Notes: a model not told the origin generated them from the letters alone. Positions 25,222 to 34,580 are shown, counted from the first letter of the stretch. The stretch: DNA of 42,450 nt from a bacterium MnTg02 (GCA_008974985.1 BFAS01000272.1:1-42450); one strand, 5' to 3'. Made by a program: numbers and translations.

Positions 25222-26370
25222 CTAGCCGCTCACAAGAAATGCGGTGACATACATGATGGCGATACCGCTGATGAATCCCCACAGACTCGCGGCCGATTGC
25301 CAGGATGCTGTACCGTCGCTCCGGCGTTTTAGAACATTGCTCCCGACCTCGATAATGACTTGAAGGATGGCGCCTGCGCCGATCCCGAACGCCAGTGCCG
25401 TCCAAAACGGTGACACGGAAACGGCACCTATCATCGTTCCTGGAATCGCGGGGCCTCCGGCGATGATGGCGAGCTTTGCAAGCGTCATAAACGAGATCGC
25501 GTCTTTGCGGATAGGTGCCGAGATCGCAACCCCCTCGCTGACATTGTGGAGTGCAAATCCGAGCACCAGGAATGAGGCTAACGCAATTTCGCCGACAGCG
25601 AAGGACGCTCCAATGACCAGCCCCTCGCCGAAATTATGCACGCCGATGCCAATGGCAATAAAGAGCGCCAGTGCAGCGCCCTCCGGAGGTCGACCACTCC
25701 TGCGCCCAAGGTTCAAGAGAACGAGACAAGACACGAGCGCGCTCATCCAGACGGCCAAATTTGCATGAAGTGCCTTGGTGGCTTTTTCCGCGACCTCAAG
25801 ACCTTCTCCGAGGGTATCTACAAGCAGGAATGCAAGAAGTCCGATCGTCAGCGCCATCGCGAACGCGCGCCCGCTCTCCCCGAAACTTAAAAGTGCCGGG
25901 TAAAAGCTGTAACCGATAATGATTGGAACGATGCCAACGAACAAGCCAATGAGAGCGAAACCCAAGAGGCTGCCCATCGTTAACTTCGGCGTTGTAACCG
26001 CGACATTGATCGTGTGTTCGAAGGTTTGTCCGGTTGCTGTCACGAACGCCAAGTGATGGGGCTCGCCGCGGACCCAAGGATAAGGGATATTGATATTTGC
26101 TGTTTGCAAATAGCCGACCGATTGATTGGGCGACATCGAGAAAAAGCGGTATGCGCCATCCACCTGCACTTGTGCGATCACGGTCGGCTCCGCACTTGAG
26201 CCGCGGATGGTGACGTGAATGCCCTCATCATCCAAGCGTACGCTTTCGACTGTGATGGATTCATCCGGTGGCACGCCACGCGTGAGATAGTCGAAAGGCT
26301 GAACCGTCAGGAATGCTGCGACCAGCGCGATGATAAGCAGGATTGGGAGAATTATTGTAGATCGTGTCAT
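25222..26370 (-). CDS. ZIP-family metal permease with an extra ~130-aa N-terminal extracytoplasmic domain
   Basis: ZIP motifs GVHNFGEGLVIG and ALHNVSEGVAIS. One N-terminal TM segment (ILPILLIIALVAAFL) is followed by a soluble domain and then the polytopic core. The start is taken at MTRST (26370), 13 nt after the MCO stop. Confidence 0.75.
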   Translation of the reverse strand: MTRSTIILPILLIIALVAAFLTVQPFDYLTRGVPPDESITVESVRLDDEGIHVTIRGSSAEPTVIAQVQVDGAYRFFSMSPNQSVGYLQTANINIPYPWVRGEPHHLAFVTATGQTFEHTINVAVTTPKLTMGSLLGFALIGLFVGIVPIIIGYSFYPALLSFGESGRAFAMALTIGLLAFLLVDTLGEGLEVAEKATKALHANLAVWMSALVSCLVLLNLGRRSGRPPEGAALALFIAIGIGVHNFGEGLVIGASFAVGEIALASFLVLGFALHNVSEGVAISAPIRKDAISFMTLAKLAIIAGGPAIPGTMIGAVSVSPFWTALAFGIGAGAILQVIIEVGSNVLKRRSDGTASWQSAASLWGFISGIAIMYVTAFLVSG

Positions 26371-26383
26371 CACGGACCGCACG

Positions 26384-27472
26384 TCACACCACCTCGAAAT
26401 TAGCCATCCATCCAAGTTCCGCAAACTCACTCTGATGCGCATGGAACATGTAGCGCCCCGGCTCATGGTCGGCGAAGCTGAACTCAAGAATTCCCCGCTG
26501 CGCCTGGCATAGCATGATCGTGTCCACTGTTTTCAGCGTCGGCGTCAGGGTTGTGCCGTGATCGTAATAGTCGAAAAAATTTGCATGCAGGTGGAACGAA
26601 TTGATGGGATCGAACTCGGTGGCGTTGACGAGGTAGACCCTGACCGGCCGCGCGCGTTCGATACGAATGGCATCATGTTGATAGGCAAAGGCGATCGAGT
26701 TGACCGCGTAGAATTCGTTCTCATCATCGAAGTTTGTATCGAAACCGTTCATGACCATCACAAATTCCTGCCAGCGTTTATTTTCCGGCGTCCCGAGCAG
26801 GCGGCTTCGCGCCACGTCTGCATGTTCGGGATGCCGGTCAGGATCGGGATCTATGATGAAGGCACCGTAAAGCCCCTTATGGATATGCCGTTTCAGGGGA
26901 AAGGAGTGGCAATGGTAAAGATGGCAGCCGAACGGTTTGGCGACAAACTCGTAGGTGAATGAGTCTCCTGGAGCCACCTGGCCGGCACCGGGCACGCCGT
27001 CCATCCGCGCCGAATGAATGCCATGGAAGTGCATGGTATGCTCGTGGCTTCCTAAATTGGAGAATCGGACGCGGATCAGTTCACCTTCTTTGGCGCGAAA
27101 ACTCGGTCCGGGGATCCGGCCGTTATAGGTCCAAGCCGGAAACAAGACGCCGGGTGCGATCTCGATTTCTTTATCGACAGCCGTGATCACGAATTCGCGC
27201 ACCCGGGTGCCATCTTGCGTGGTGGTCACTTCGCCGGTTTCCCAGTCGGTCAAGATGTCTTTGGGGTCGAATCCGTTTCGCGCATGATCAACTTTTCCGA
27301 TAACTTGAGTCGCCCCGTGGCGTCCTTGATGAGGTCGTGCCGCAGGCATGTTCTTGTCGTTTTTCGCTACGGATGCATGGGACACAAACGCGCCTCCCGC
27401 AGCCAATCCAGTGACGACAAATCCGCGTCTGCTCAGACGGTATTTCAGTGGGAAAAGATGCTTGATTGCCAT
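26384..27472 (-). CDS. Two-domain multicopper oxidase (laccase-like) with a Tat signal
   Basis: Tat motif SRRGFVVTGLAAGG. Four HxH motifs: HFH (in HTMHFHG), HCH (in YHCHS), HLH (in FHLHANF) and HAH (in FHAHQSE). The T1-like segment in domain 1 reads HCHSFPLKRHIHKGL. Confidence 0.8.
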   Translation of the reverse strand: MAIKHLFPLKYRLSRRGFVVTGLAAGGAFVSHASVAKNDKNMPAARPHQGRHGATQVIGKVDHARNGFDPKDILTDWETGEVTTTQDGTRVREFVITAVDKEIEIAPGVLFPAWTYNGRIPGPSFRAKEGELIRVRFSNLGSHEHTMHFHGIHSARMDGVPGAGQVAPGDSFTYEFVAKPFGCHLYHCHSFPLKRHIHKGLYGAFIIDPDPDRHPEHADVARSRLLGTPENKRWQEFVMVMNGFDTNFDDENEFYAVNSIAFAYQHDAIRIERARPVRVYLVNATEFDPINSFHLHANFFDYYDHGTTLTPTLKTVDTIMLCQAQRGILEFSFADHEPGRYMFHAHQSEFAELGWMANFEVV

Positions 27473-27764
27473 GCGCTACACTGTTTGCTCCAACATTGAG
27501 AACATTTGAACCTTCCGGTTGTCCGCTTAACAAGAACAGATTCATTGGACTGGTTAAATTACTTTTGCAAATGATTTTCAACAGCATCTATCATATTGGA
27601 TGACATGACGCCGACGATCTGAATTGCGTTGACTCCGTTTGATCGCGGGGAATGCGACGACGCCAACTTGCCATCGTCAACGACGGTTCGCGCCACTCAA
27701 GGACAATTCTCCGCGCGTTTTGGTGCATCATAACGTGATTTCACTTGTTGCTAATAATTCCTAA

Positions 27765-27779
27765 TTGCAATCATTGCAA
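27765..27779. promoter_or_regulatory. Perfect 7-1-7 palindrome TTGCAAT-C-ATTGCAA; candidate Fur-superfamily (Mur/PerR/Fur-like) operator
   Basis: An exact inverted repeat embedded in an AT-rich tract (27748-27810) of the 855-bp divergent region between the MCO operon and the catalase gene. Confidence 0.35.
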
Positions 27780-27885
27780 ATCATTCTTATAATTATTCCA
27801 ATCAATTTAGTTTCAGCTCGGAATGCTGTGACAGAGGGGCGCTAAAGCATTTTCAGAAAAGGCATGTCCCCGCGAAGGTCGGGAT

Positions 27886-27967
27886 GAGTGCGGTTTTCCG
27901 CCCGCAAAATGCTTAAACAAAAAAGCGAGAGCCCATTCGATACCCCCCGGTTCATCGAATGGGCTCT
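27886..27967 (+). repeat. Copy B of the ~85-bp hairpin repeat family (with an additional upstream arm at 27844-27855)
   Basis: GAGTGCGGTTTTCCGCCCGCAAAATGCTTAAACAAAAAAGCGAGAGCCCATTCGA-N16-TCGAATGGGCTC. AAGCATTTT at 27846-27854 is the reverse complement of AAAATGCTT within the repeat. Confidence 0.8.
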
Positions 27968-28327
27968 CGTGTGCAGGTCTATTCAATGACGGAACTTGTA
28001 CTGAAAACTGGGCAAGCAGCCCTAGCTTCGACCGGTTTGAAATGGCCTGCGAATAGCTGCATTTGAAACCAAATAAATACGCGTACGTGTGATCGTCCGC
28101 GACTCGGCAGCCCTCCCTTAACTGGCCGGCTCTTGAGCTGGCCATTTTTCTTGGGCCGATGTCTCCAACGAATTGGCTAAAGGCAAGGAAGTCTGTAGGG
28201 GGCAATCGATGGAATGACACCAAATTTGGCTATCAGAAAAACTTATCAGAAAGACAAAAAAATAGAATTAGCTTTTATCGATGGTTCGCTCAATTTTGGG
28301 TTCCGAGAAAATGTGAGAGGAGCTTAC

Positions 28328-29788
28328 ATGTCCAAACGTCCCACACTTACGACAACAGCCGGAAATCCGGTTGGCGATAACCAAAATTCAATTACGGCTG
28401 GACCGCGCGGGCCATTGCTGTTGCAGGATTACCAGCTCATCGAAAAACTGGCACATCAAAATCGCGAACGGATTCCGGAGCGCGTTGTTCATGCCAAGGG
28501 ATCTGCCGCTTTTGGCACGCTGAAAATTACGGGTGACATTTCCAATTATACAAAGGCCAAAGCGCTACAGCCGGGCGCGGAAACCGAATGCTTGCTGCGT
28601 TTTTCAACTGTTGCCGGAGAGCGCGGCGCAGCGGATGCCGAGCGGGATGTTCGTGGCTTTGCAATCAAATTTTACACGGACGAAGGGAACTGGGATCTGG
28701 TCGGCAACAACACGCCGGTCTTTTTCGTCCGCGATCCTTACAAGTTCCCAGATTTCATCCGCACCCAAAAGCGCATGGCGAAAACCAATATGCGCTCCAA
28801 TACCGCGATGTGGGATTTTTGGTCACTCAGCCCGGAAAGTCTGCATCAGGTAACAATTCTATTTTCGGATCGCGGCCTGCCCAAGGGCTTCCGCAACGTC
28901 AATGGCTATGGCAGCCACACCTATAGCTTTATCAATAGCGAAGGCGGGCGGGTTTGGTGTAAATTCCATTTCAAGACCCAACAGGGCCACGAGTTCTGGA
29001 CGAATGCCGAAGCGGCGGAGATTGTTGGCAATGATCGGGAAAGCTCGCAGCGCGATTTGTTCGAGGCGATCGAGAGCGGTGACAATCCCCGCTGGACGGT
29101 CCAAGTTCAGATCATGACGGAAGAGCAGGCCAAGAATTGTCCGTTCAACCCGTTCGACCTTACGAAAGTTTGGCCGCATGGAGACTATCCGGTCATCGAG
29201 ATTGGCGTTCTCGAGCTCAACCGCAATCCGAATAATTATTTTGCCGAAGTTGAACAGGCCTCGTTTTCTCCATCGAACGTCGTGCCGGGAATTTCGTGGT
29301 CGCCGGATAAAATGTTGCAAGCCAGAATTTTTTCCTATGGGGACGCGCATCGCTATCGTGTCGGCACGAATTATGAAGCCTTGCCGGTGAACAAGCCGCG
29401 ATGTCCGGTGAACAATTACATTCGCGATGGACAGATGCGCTTCGATGACAATGGCGGTGACGCGGTCATTTATGAGCCGAATTCCTTCGATGGCCCACTA
29501 GAGGATGCGCAATATAAGGAGCCGCCTCTGGAGTTCGATGCCGGCACAGCCGACCGTCACAATCATCGGGACGGGAATGACGATTACGGTCAGCCGCGTG
29601 CTTTGTTCGAGCTATTCGATGACGCGCAGAAGTCGCGGCTCTACCAAAACCTCGCTGCGGCCAAGGACGGCGTTCCGGAAAACATTGTGCAACGTCAGCT
29701 CGGACATTTTTACAAAGTTCATCCGGACTATGGTCAAGGCGTTGCCAAAGCGCTCGGCGTTGAGCTGCAACGCGAAGCTGCAGAATAA
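28328..29788 (+). CDS. katA: Monofunctional heme catalase (small-subunit type)
   Basis: Distal-His region [13 protein letters not shown] and proximal-Tyr region [22 protein letters not shown] lies just upstream of the ATG at 28328. Length is 486 aa. Confidence 0.9.
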   Translation: MSKRPTLTTTAGNPVGDNQNSITAGPRGPLLLQDYQLIEKLAHQNRERIPERVVHAKGSAAFGTLKITGDISNYTKAKALQPGAETECLLRFSTVAGERGAADAERDVRGFAIKFYTDEGNWDLVGNNTPVFFVRDPYKFPDFIRTQKRMAKTNMRSNTAMWDFWSLSPESLHQVTILFSDRGLPKGFRNVNGYGSHTYSFINSEGGRVWCKFHFKTQQGHEFWTNAEAAEIVGNDRESSQRDLFEAIESGDNPRWTVQVQIMTEEQAKNCPFNPFDLTKVWPHGDYPVIEIGVLELNRNPNNYFAEVEQASFSPSNVVPGISWSPDKMLQARIFSYGDAHRYRVGTNYEALPVNKPRCPVNNYIRDGQMRFDDNGGDAVIYEPNSFDGPLEDAQYKEPPLEFDAGTADRHNHRDGNDDYGQPRALFELFDDAQKSRLYQNLAAAKDGVPENIVQRQLGHFYKVHPDYGQGVAKALGVELQREAAE

Positions 29789-30036
29789 CCCAGAGCAGAG
29801 AATCATGACCGGGCGGCGGATGCCTCAAGCCGCCTCCGCTGTCCGGTTCACCTCTCCTCCTCAAGCCCTGCCGCCAGTATCCACCGTGAGAGCCTATTTC
29901 GACTGGCGGAAATTGGTGCAGGGCCATTTTATTGCGCCGCCGGTTCGGTTTATTATCATTAAGAACAACAGTTGGTTTCCACCTGTGAGCTGATTTGTTA
30001 TTGGGAGTTGCGCGCAAATTCGCAAAGGACGCCCAA

Positions 30037-31104
30037 ATGGCAGAACATCGGCAAGCTAAGAATTTCAATTTTAGCCCTGACGCAGAGTTCACTCAGGGCG
30101 GTCATCCCGAAGTTCATCAAGGGCGTATTGGCGTTCTTTTGATTAATCTTGGAACGCCCGACGCGACCGACTATTGGTCCATGCGCCGCTATTTAAAAGA
30201 ATTCCTGTCCGACCGCCGCGTTATTGAAACAAATCGCATTGTTTGGTGGTTTATTCTCAATCTGATCATTTTGACCAAACGGCCATTTTCCTCGGGCGAA
30301 ATTTATAAATCCATTTGGAACGAAGAGCGCGATGAATCGCCGCTCCGAACGATCACCCGCAGTCAGTCGGAGGCGATCGCGGCCGCTTTTTCAGGCGACG
30401 AGAGGATCATTGTCGATTGGGGAATGCGCTATGGCACGCCATCTATAAAATCCCGGATTGAGGCGCTTAGTGCGCAAGGATGTGACCGCATTTTGCTGTT
30501 TCCGCTCTACCCGCAATATGCCGCGGCCACCTCGGCAACGGCCTGCGATAAGGCGTTTGACGCGCTACGGGATATGCGCTGGCAGCCGGCGATCCGTGTC
30601 GTGCCGCCCTATTTTGAGGATCCCGGTTATATTTCGGCGCTTGGCGAAGGGCTGCGAGACGGACTGGCCGCACTTGATTGGGAACCTGAGATTGTGATTG
30701 CCTCTTTCCACGGCCTGCCGGTTGCGTATTTTGAAAAAGGCGACCCTTATCACTGCCATTGCGCGAAGACGACGCGTCTGCTTCGCGAGCTGTTGGGATG
30801 GGACGATCAAAAGCTGCGCATGACATTTCAATCTCGCTTTGGCAAGGCGGAGTGGCTGCGACCCTATACGGACAAAACGATCGAGGCGCTGGCGCGCTCG
30901 GGCGTCAAAAACCTTGCCGTCATCACGCCGGGATTTTCGGCCGATTGTGTCGAAACGCTGGAGGAAATTGCCCTCGAAAATGCCGATATTTTTAAAGAAA
31001 ACGGCGGTGAAAACTTTGCTGCGATCCCCTGCCTAAATGATAGCGAAGCTGGCATCTGCGCGCTGACCGCCATCATCCGCCAAGAGCTGATGGGCTGGAT
31101 TTAG
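30037..31104 (+). CDS. hemH: Ferrochelatase
   Basis: GVLLINLGTPD, SFHGLP and IPCLNDS blocks. The start is taken at MAEHRQ (30037). Confidence 0.9.
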   Translation: MAEHRQAKNFNFSPDAEFTQGGHPEVHQGRIGVLLINLGTPDATDYWSMRRYLKEFLSDRRVIETNRIVWWFILNLIILTKRPFSSGEIYKSIWNEERDESPLRTITRSQSEAIAAAFSGDERIIVDWGMRYGTPSIKSRIEALSAQGCDRILLFPLYPQYAAATSATACDKAFDALRDMRWQPAIRVVPPYFEDPGYISALGEGLRDGLAALDWEPEIVIASFHGLPVAYFEKGDPYHCHCAKTTRLLRELLGWDDQKLRMTFQSRFGKAEWLRPYTDKTIEALARSGVKNLAVITPGFSADCVETLEEIALENADIFKENGGENFAAIPCLNDSEAGICALTAIIRQELMGWI

Positions 31105-31265
31105 GGGCCGGATTCTTACCAAAAGGCAAATTGAAAATAATTTTCTAAACCTATAATAATTAAGACTTTTTTCAGTTTTCATTTACGATTTGCTTGCCAT
31201 AGCACCTTAAAATCCAACGCGCAGTTCCTAGATAATCAGTGTGTACAAACGAATTGGTGGGTCAA

Positions 31266-32231
31266 ATGCTTGGATTTGATATTTTTGTCGTCGTTCTTGT
31301 TCTGTCTATTTTTCTTATGATCTATGCGGGTGTCAAAACTGTTCCGCAAGGTTACAATTATACAATCGAAAGGTTCGGCCGGTTTACACGTTCGTTGCAG
31401 CCCGGATTGGCGTTTATTGTTCCATTTGTCGATCGTGTTGGAGCGAAAATGAACATGATGGAGCAGGTGCTCGACGTGCCGAGCCAAGAAATCATCACCA
31501 AGGATAACGCCATGGTTCAAGTCGATGGCATCGTCTTTTTCCAGGTGCTTGACGCGGCGCAGGCCACCTACGAAGTGGCCAATCTCGAGAGGGCGATCCT
31601 CAATCTCACAATGACGAATATTCGTACGGTCATGGGGTCGATGGATCTCGATGAGTTGCTTTCGCAGCGTGACGAGATCAACACGCGCCTACTGACAGTT
31701 GTCGACAATGCTACGGAGACCTGGGGCGTTAAGGCCACGCGCATCGAAATCAAGGATATCAATCCGCCGCGAGATCTGGTTGAGGCCATGGGCCGGCAGA
31801 TGAAGGCGGAGCGCGAAAAGCGTGCGGCGATCCTTGATGCCGAAGGCGCACGGCAATCGGAAATCCTGCGCGCCGAAGGTGACAAACAATCCCAGATTCT
31901 TTCCGCCGAAGGGCGCCGGGAAGCCGCTTTCAGAGATGCCGAGGCTCGTGAGCGTCAAGCGGAAGCCGAAGCCAAGGCAACCGAAGTGGTCAGTGAGGCC
32001 ATCTCAAAAGGGAACATCCAGGCGATCAACTACTTCGTCGCCAACAATTATATCGATGCGCTTAAAAGCCTTGCGACGGCTGAAAATCAAAAGGTCTTGA
32101 TGATGCCTCTTGAAGCGTCTGCTGTTATAGGATCGATTGCCGGTATTGCCGAGATTACCAAGGATGCATTTGGCGGCAGCAACGATTCGGCGACATCCCC
32201 CCGGTCCGGCGGCTCGGTGCCAACGGCGTAA
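31266..32231 (+). CDS. SPFH/band-7 (stomatin-like) membrane protein
   Basis: An N-terminal TM segment is followed by [15 protein letters not shown]..., and there is a coiled-coil Ala/Glu-rich C-terminus. Confidence 0.85.
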   Translation: MLGFDIFVVVLVLSIFLMIYAGVKTVPQGYNYTIERFGRFTRSLQPGLAFIVPFVDRVGAKMNMMEQVLDVPSQEIITKDNAMVQVDGIVFFQVLDAAQATYEVANLERAILNLTMTNIRTVMGSMDLDELLSQRDEINTRLLTVVDNATETWGVKATRIEIKDINPPRDLVEAMGRQMKAEREKRAAILDAEGARQSEILRAEGDKQSQILSAEGRREAAFRDAEARERQAEAEAKATEVVSEAISKGNIQAINYFVANNYIDALKSLATAENQKVLMMPLEASAVIGSIAGIAEITKDAFGGSNDSATSPRSGGSVPTA

Positions 32232-32249
32232 GCGGAGAGACCCGGCAGC

Positions 32250-32708
32250 ATGAATTTGATTTCATTTTTCGGTGAGCTTGGTGAGTGGACCTGGCTTATT
32301 GCAGCGGCGGTTCTTTTCATCCTTGAGATTGCCGTTCCAGGCCTCTTTCTTCTTTTCTTTGCGCTGGCCGCGGCGGTTGTGGGCGTTCTAGCGCTCCTCG
32401 TCGATATGCCCTGGCAAGCGGAACTCGTAATCTTTGGTGCTTTTTCTTTCGTCGGCGTAATGTTTGCGCGGAAATATTGGACGCCCGATCAACAGGAAAG
32501 CGAACGTCCACTGCTCAATCAGCGGGCACAGCAATTTGTTGGCCGCCAATATGTGCTCGCGGAGCCGATCGTCAATGGACGGGGAAAGGTTCGGATCGGT
32601 GATTCACTCTGGCAAGTATCCGGACCGGATTTGGCCGAGGGCGAGCGCGTGAAAGTCACAGATAGCGACGGAGTAATGTTGCTTGTCGAACGCGCGGGCG
32701 TCTCTTGA
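32250..32708 (+). CDS. NfeD-family membrane protein (partner of the SPFH protein)
   Basis: Hydrophobic N-terminal half plus a C-terminal OB-like segment GRGKVRIGDSLWQVSG. It lies immediately downstream of the SPFH gene. Confidence 0.8.
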   Translation: MNLISFFGELGEWTWLIAAAVLFILEIAVPGLFLLFFALAAAVVGVLALLVDMPWQAELVIFGAFSFVGVMFARKYWTPDQQESERPLLNQRAQQFVGRQYVLAEPIVNGRGKVRIGDSLWQVSGPDLAEGERVKVTDSDGVMLLVERAGVS

Positions 32709-32759
32709 TCCGCTCCCAATTCTGATTGAGAAGCGCCTCACGAAGCGTTCCATAAGCTA

Positions 32760-32897
32760 ATACCAATGGTCCTTGAGTTTTGACTCACGAACGATTGGCG
32801 ACCATTGGCAAGCGCGACCGCGTGGCCCGCGCCCTATGGCGGTCAAGCCTGCGTGGCGCTTGAACGCCCATCGGTCATTAGAAATGACCGATGGTAT
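32760..32897 (+). repeat. Solo full-length copy of the 135-bp palindromic element
   Basis: ATACCAATGGTCCTTGAGTTTTGACTCACGAACGATTGGCGACCATTGGCAAGCGCGACC...CCCATCGGTCATTAGAAATGACCGATGGTAT. It lies between convergent gene ends at 32708 and 32908. Confidence 0.9.
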
Positions 32898-32907
32898 AAA
32901 TTGCCGG

Positions 32908-33762
32908 TTACGGTTTGTACCCTACGGGATAAGGCGGCGCTTCGGCCATAATCAGGATTGATATACGCCGATTAGCCGCGAGGAAGGGGTCTTCCGGAAA
33001 AAGGGGTTCTGAATCCGCCTTGCCGGTAATGGAAAAGAAGCGGTCATTAGGAATACCGCTTTCGGCAAGAATGCGACGCGCTGATTTGGCCCGGTCGGCC
33101 GAGAGGTCCCACAACGTATATCCAGGGCGCTCGTATAATCGTGATGCGTCGGTGTGTCCGGTAACCGCGATCCGGTTTGGAAGTTCCCTTAAAACTTGCG
33201 CCATCTTGCTCAACAGTTTCCGCGTCCGCTCAAATGGAGTCGTGGAGCCGGCTGAAAACATCGAACGGCCTTCCTGGTCGACCAGTTGGATATGCAGCCC
33301 TTCCGGCGTTTCCTCTAGGATAATATTGTCCGACAGTTCGTTGATCTCCGGCATTTCCCTCCAAGCTTGCCTGAGTGATGCCGTGGCGAGAGCAAATTGA
33401 CGCGGGCGCTCGATATTGGTTTTTTCAATATCGTGGGTATTCGCTTCCGGCCCTTGTTTGGTTTTTTGATCATGTTGCTGCTCTGCAAAATCGGTGTCGG
33501 TTTCGCGGGGCAGTGGCGCAATTTGTTTCACAAATTGACGCACGGGCGCGCCTTCAATCTCGATCATGCCGGCCTTGCGGGCCTCAAACTGGACACCAAA
33601 GGCTTCGCGCATCGAACCGGCGACGACTTGCATTTTTTCTTTGTCTTGGATCGAAAATGAAATGAGAAGCACGAAGAAGCAAACCAGAATGGACATGAGG
33701 TCGGCGAATGTGACCAGCCATTCCGGAATGTCACCACCACTTGCCTCTTTCTTACGTGCCAT
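32908..33762 (-). CDS. MotB/OmpA-family stator protein
   Basis: MotB plug and TM region PEWLVTFADLMSILVCFFVLL. C-terminal OmpA-like segment VTGHTDA...ANRRISILI. Confidence 0.8.
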   Translation of the reverse strand: MARKKEASGGDIPEWLVTFADLMSILVCFFVLLISFSIQDKEKMQVVAGSMREAFGVQFEARKAGMIEIEGAPVRQFVKQIAPLPRETDTDFAEQQHDQKTKQGPEANTHDIEKTNIERPRQFALATASLRQAWREMPEINELSDNIILEETPEGLHIQLVDQEGRSMFSAGSTTPFERTRKLLSKMAQVLRELPNRIAVTGHTDASRLYERPGYTLWDLSADRAKSARRILAESGIPNDRFFSITGKADSEPLFPEDPFLAANRRISILIMAEAPPYPVGYKP

Positions 33763-33806
33763 TGGAAGCCTCTCCTTAGCGGGCGTCTTGTCGCGCGGTT
33801 AACGCG

Positions 33807-34580
33807 CTAAGCCGCCTCCTCCCCAAGAACCTGACTGCGTTGCTTCTCAGGAAGGTAAGCAACCAGCAACTCGCGAATGAGTGCCGGGCTTTTATTGTCG
33901 CGAAGCTGCATGATGCCGTCGAGCGCCAATGTTTGGTTGAGTTCCTCGAGAACGGCTTTATTGCCAAGCTTATCAGCGATCGGCAATGCGATGAGGTTGG
34001 CGATAACAGCGCCGTAAAGTGTGGTCAGAAGCGCGACGGCCATTGAAGGGCCAATCGTCGATGGATCGTCCATTGTCGATAACATTTGCACCAGACCGAC
34101 AAGCGTCCCGATCATGCCGAAAGCAGGAGCCGCGTCCCCGATCGACTTGTAAATGCGAGCGCCTTCGCTAAGGCGCTCTAAAAAAAGGTCGCGCTCGCGC
34201 TCGAGCATGCCTCGGATGACGTCAGGATCATAACCGTCCGCCACCATCTGAGATCCCTTTTTGAGCAGATCCTCGTTGATCTCTGCGCCTTCAAGACCGA
34301 GCGGACCGTCTTTCCGCACGATTTCCGCAAGGCGCGCAATCTCGCCGATCATATCTTTCGCGCTCGTTTTTTTGTGGGTAAAAGCCACCTTGCCGCCAAG
34401 CGCAAGCGCGCTAAACACATTGGCAAGCGGGAAGCGGATGACCGTGGCTGCGAAACCGCCGCCGACAACGATCAGAATTGAAGGAACGTTGACAAAGGTT
34501 CCAAAATCTCCGCCGAGTAAAATCGCGATGGCGACAACGATTGCCCCCGAGACAATCCCGATAATTGTGGCGATATCCAT
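33807..34580 (-). CDS. MotA/PomA-like proton-channel stator protein (MotA/TolQ/ExbB family)
   Basis: Length is 257 aa. The C-terminal channel helices read GPSMAVALLTTLYGAVIANLIALPIADKL. It lies directly upstream of the MotB-like gene. Confidence 0.8.
   Translation of the reverse strand: MDIATIIGIVSGAIVVAIAILLGGDFGTFVNVPSILIVVGGGFAATVIRFPLANVFSALALGGKVAFTHKKTSAKDMIGEIARLAEIVRKDGPLGLEGAEINEDLLKKGSQMVADGYDPDVIRGMLERERDLFLERLSEGARIYKSIGDAAPAFGMIGTLVGLVQMLSTMDDPSTIGPSMAVALLTTLYGAVIANLIALPIADKLGNKAVLEELNQTLALDGIMQLRDNKSPALIRELLVAYLPEKQRSQVLGEEAA

Noticed and set aside
27813-28223. 136-aa minus-strand ORF in the MCO/catalase intergenic region
   Set aside because: It runs through the hairpin repeat (27844-27967), has no recognisable family or RBS, and its reading frame is probably a by-product of the repeat sequence.
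28230-28327. OxyR-type box (ATAG-N7-CTAT repeats) just upstream of catalase
   Set aside because: Only partial matches are present (for example ATAGAATTAGCTTTTATCGAT). The spacing does not fit the four-element consensus, and no oxyR gene is adjacent.
29789-30036. Terminator or Irr/ICE-box regulatory site between catalase and hemH
   Set aside because: Only a short GC stem (GGCGGC...GCCGCC) without a U-tract is present, and there is no TTTAGAA-N3-TTCTAAA-like motif.
32908-34580. Zorya-like anti-phage system, since ZorAB are MotAB homologs
   Set aside because: The MotA-like protein is only 257 aa and lacks the long C-terminal tail of ZorA. No ZorC/D/E-like genes are adjacent.
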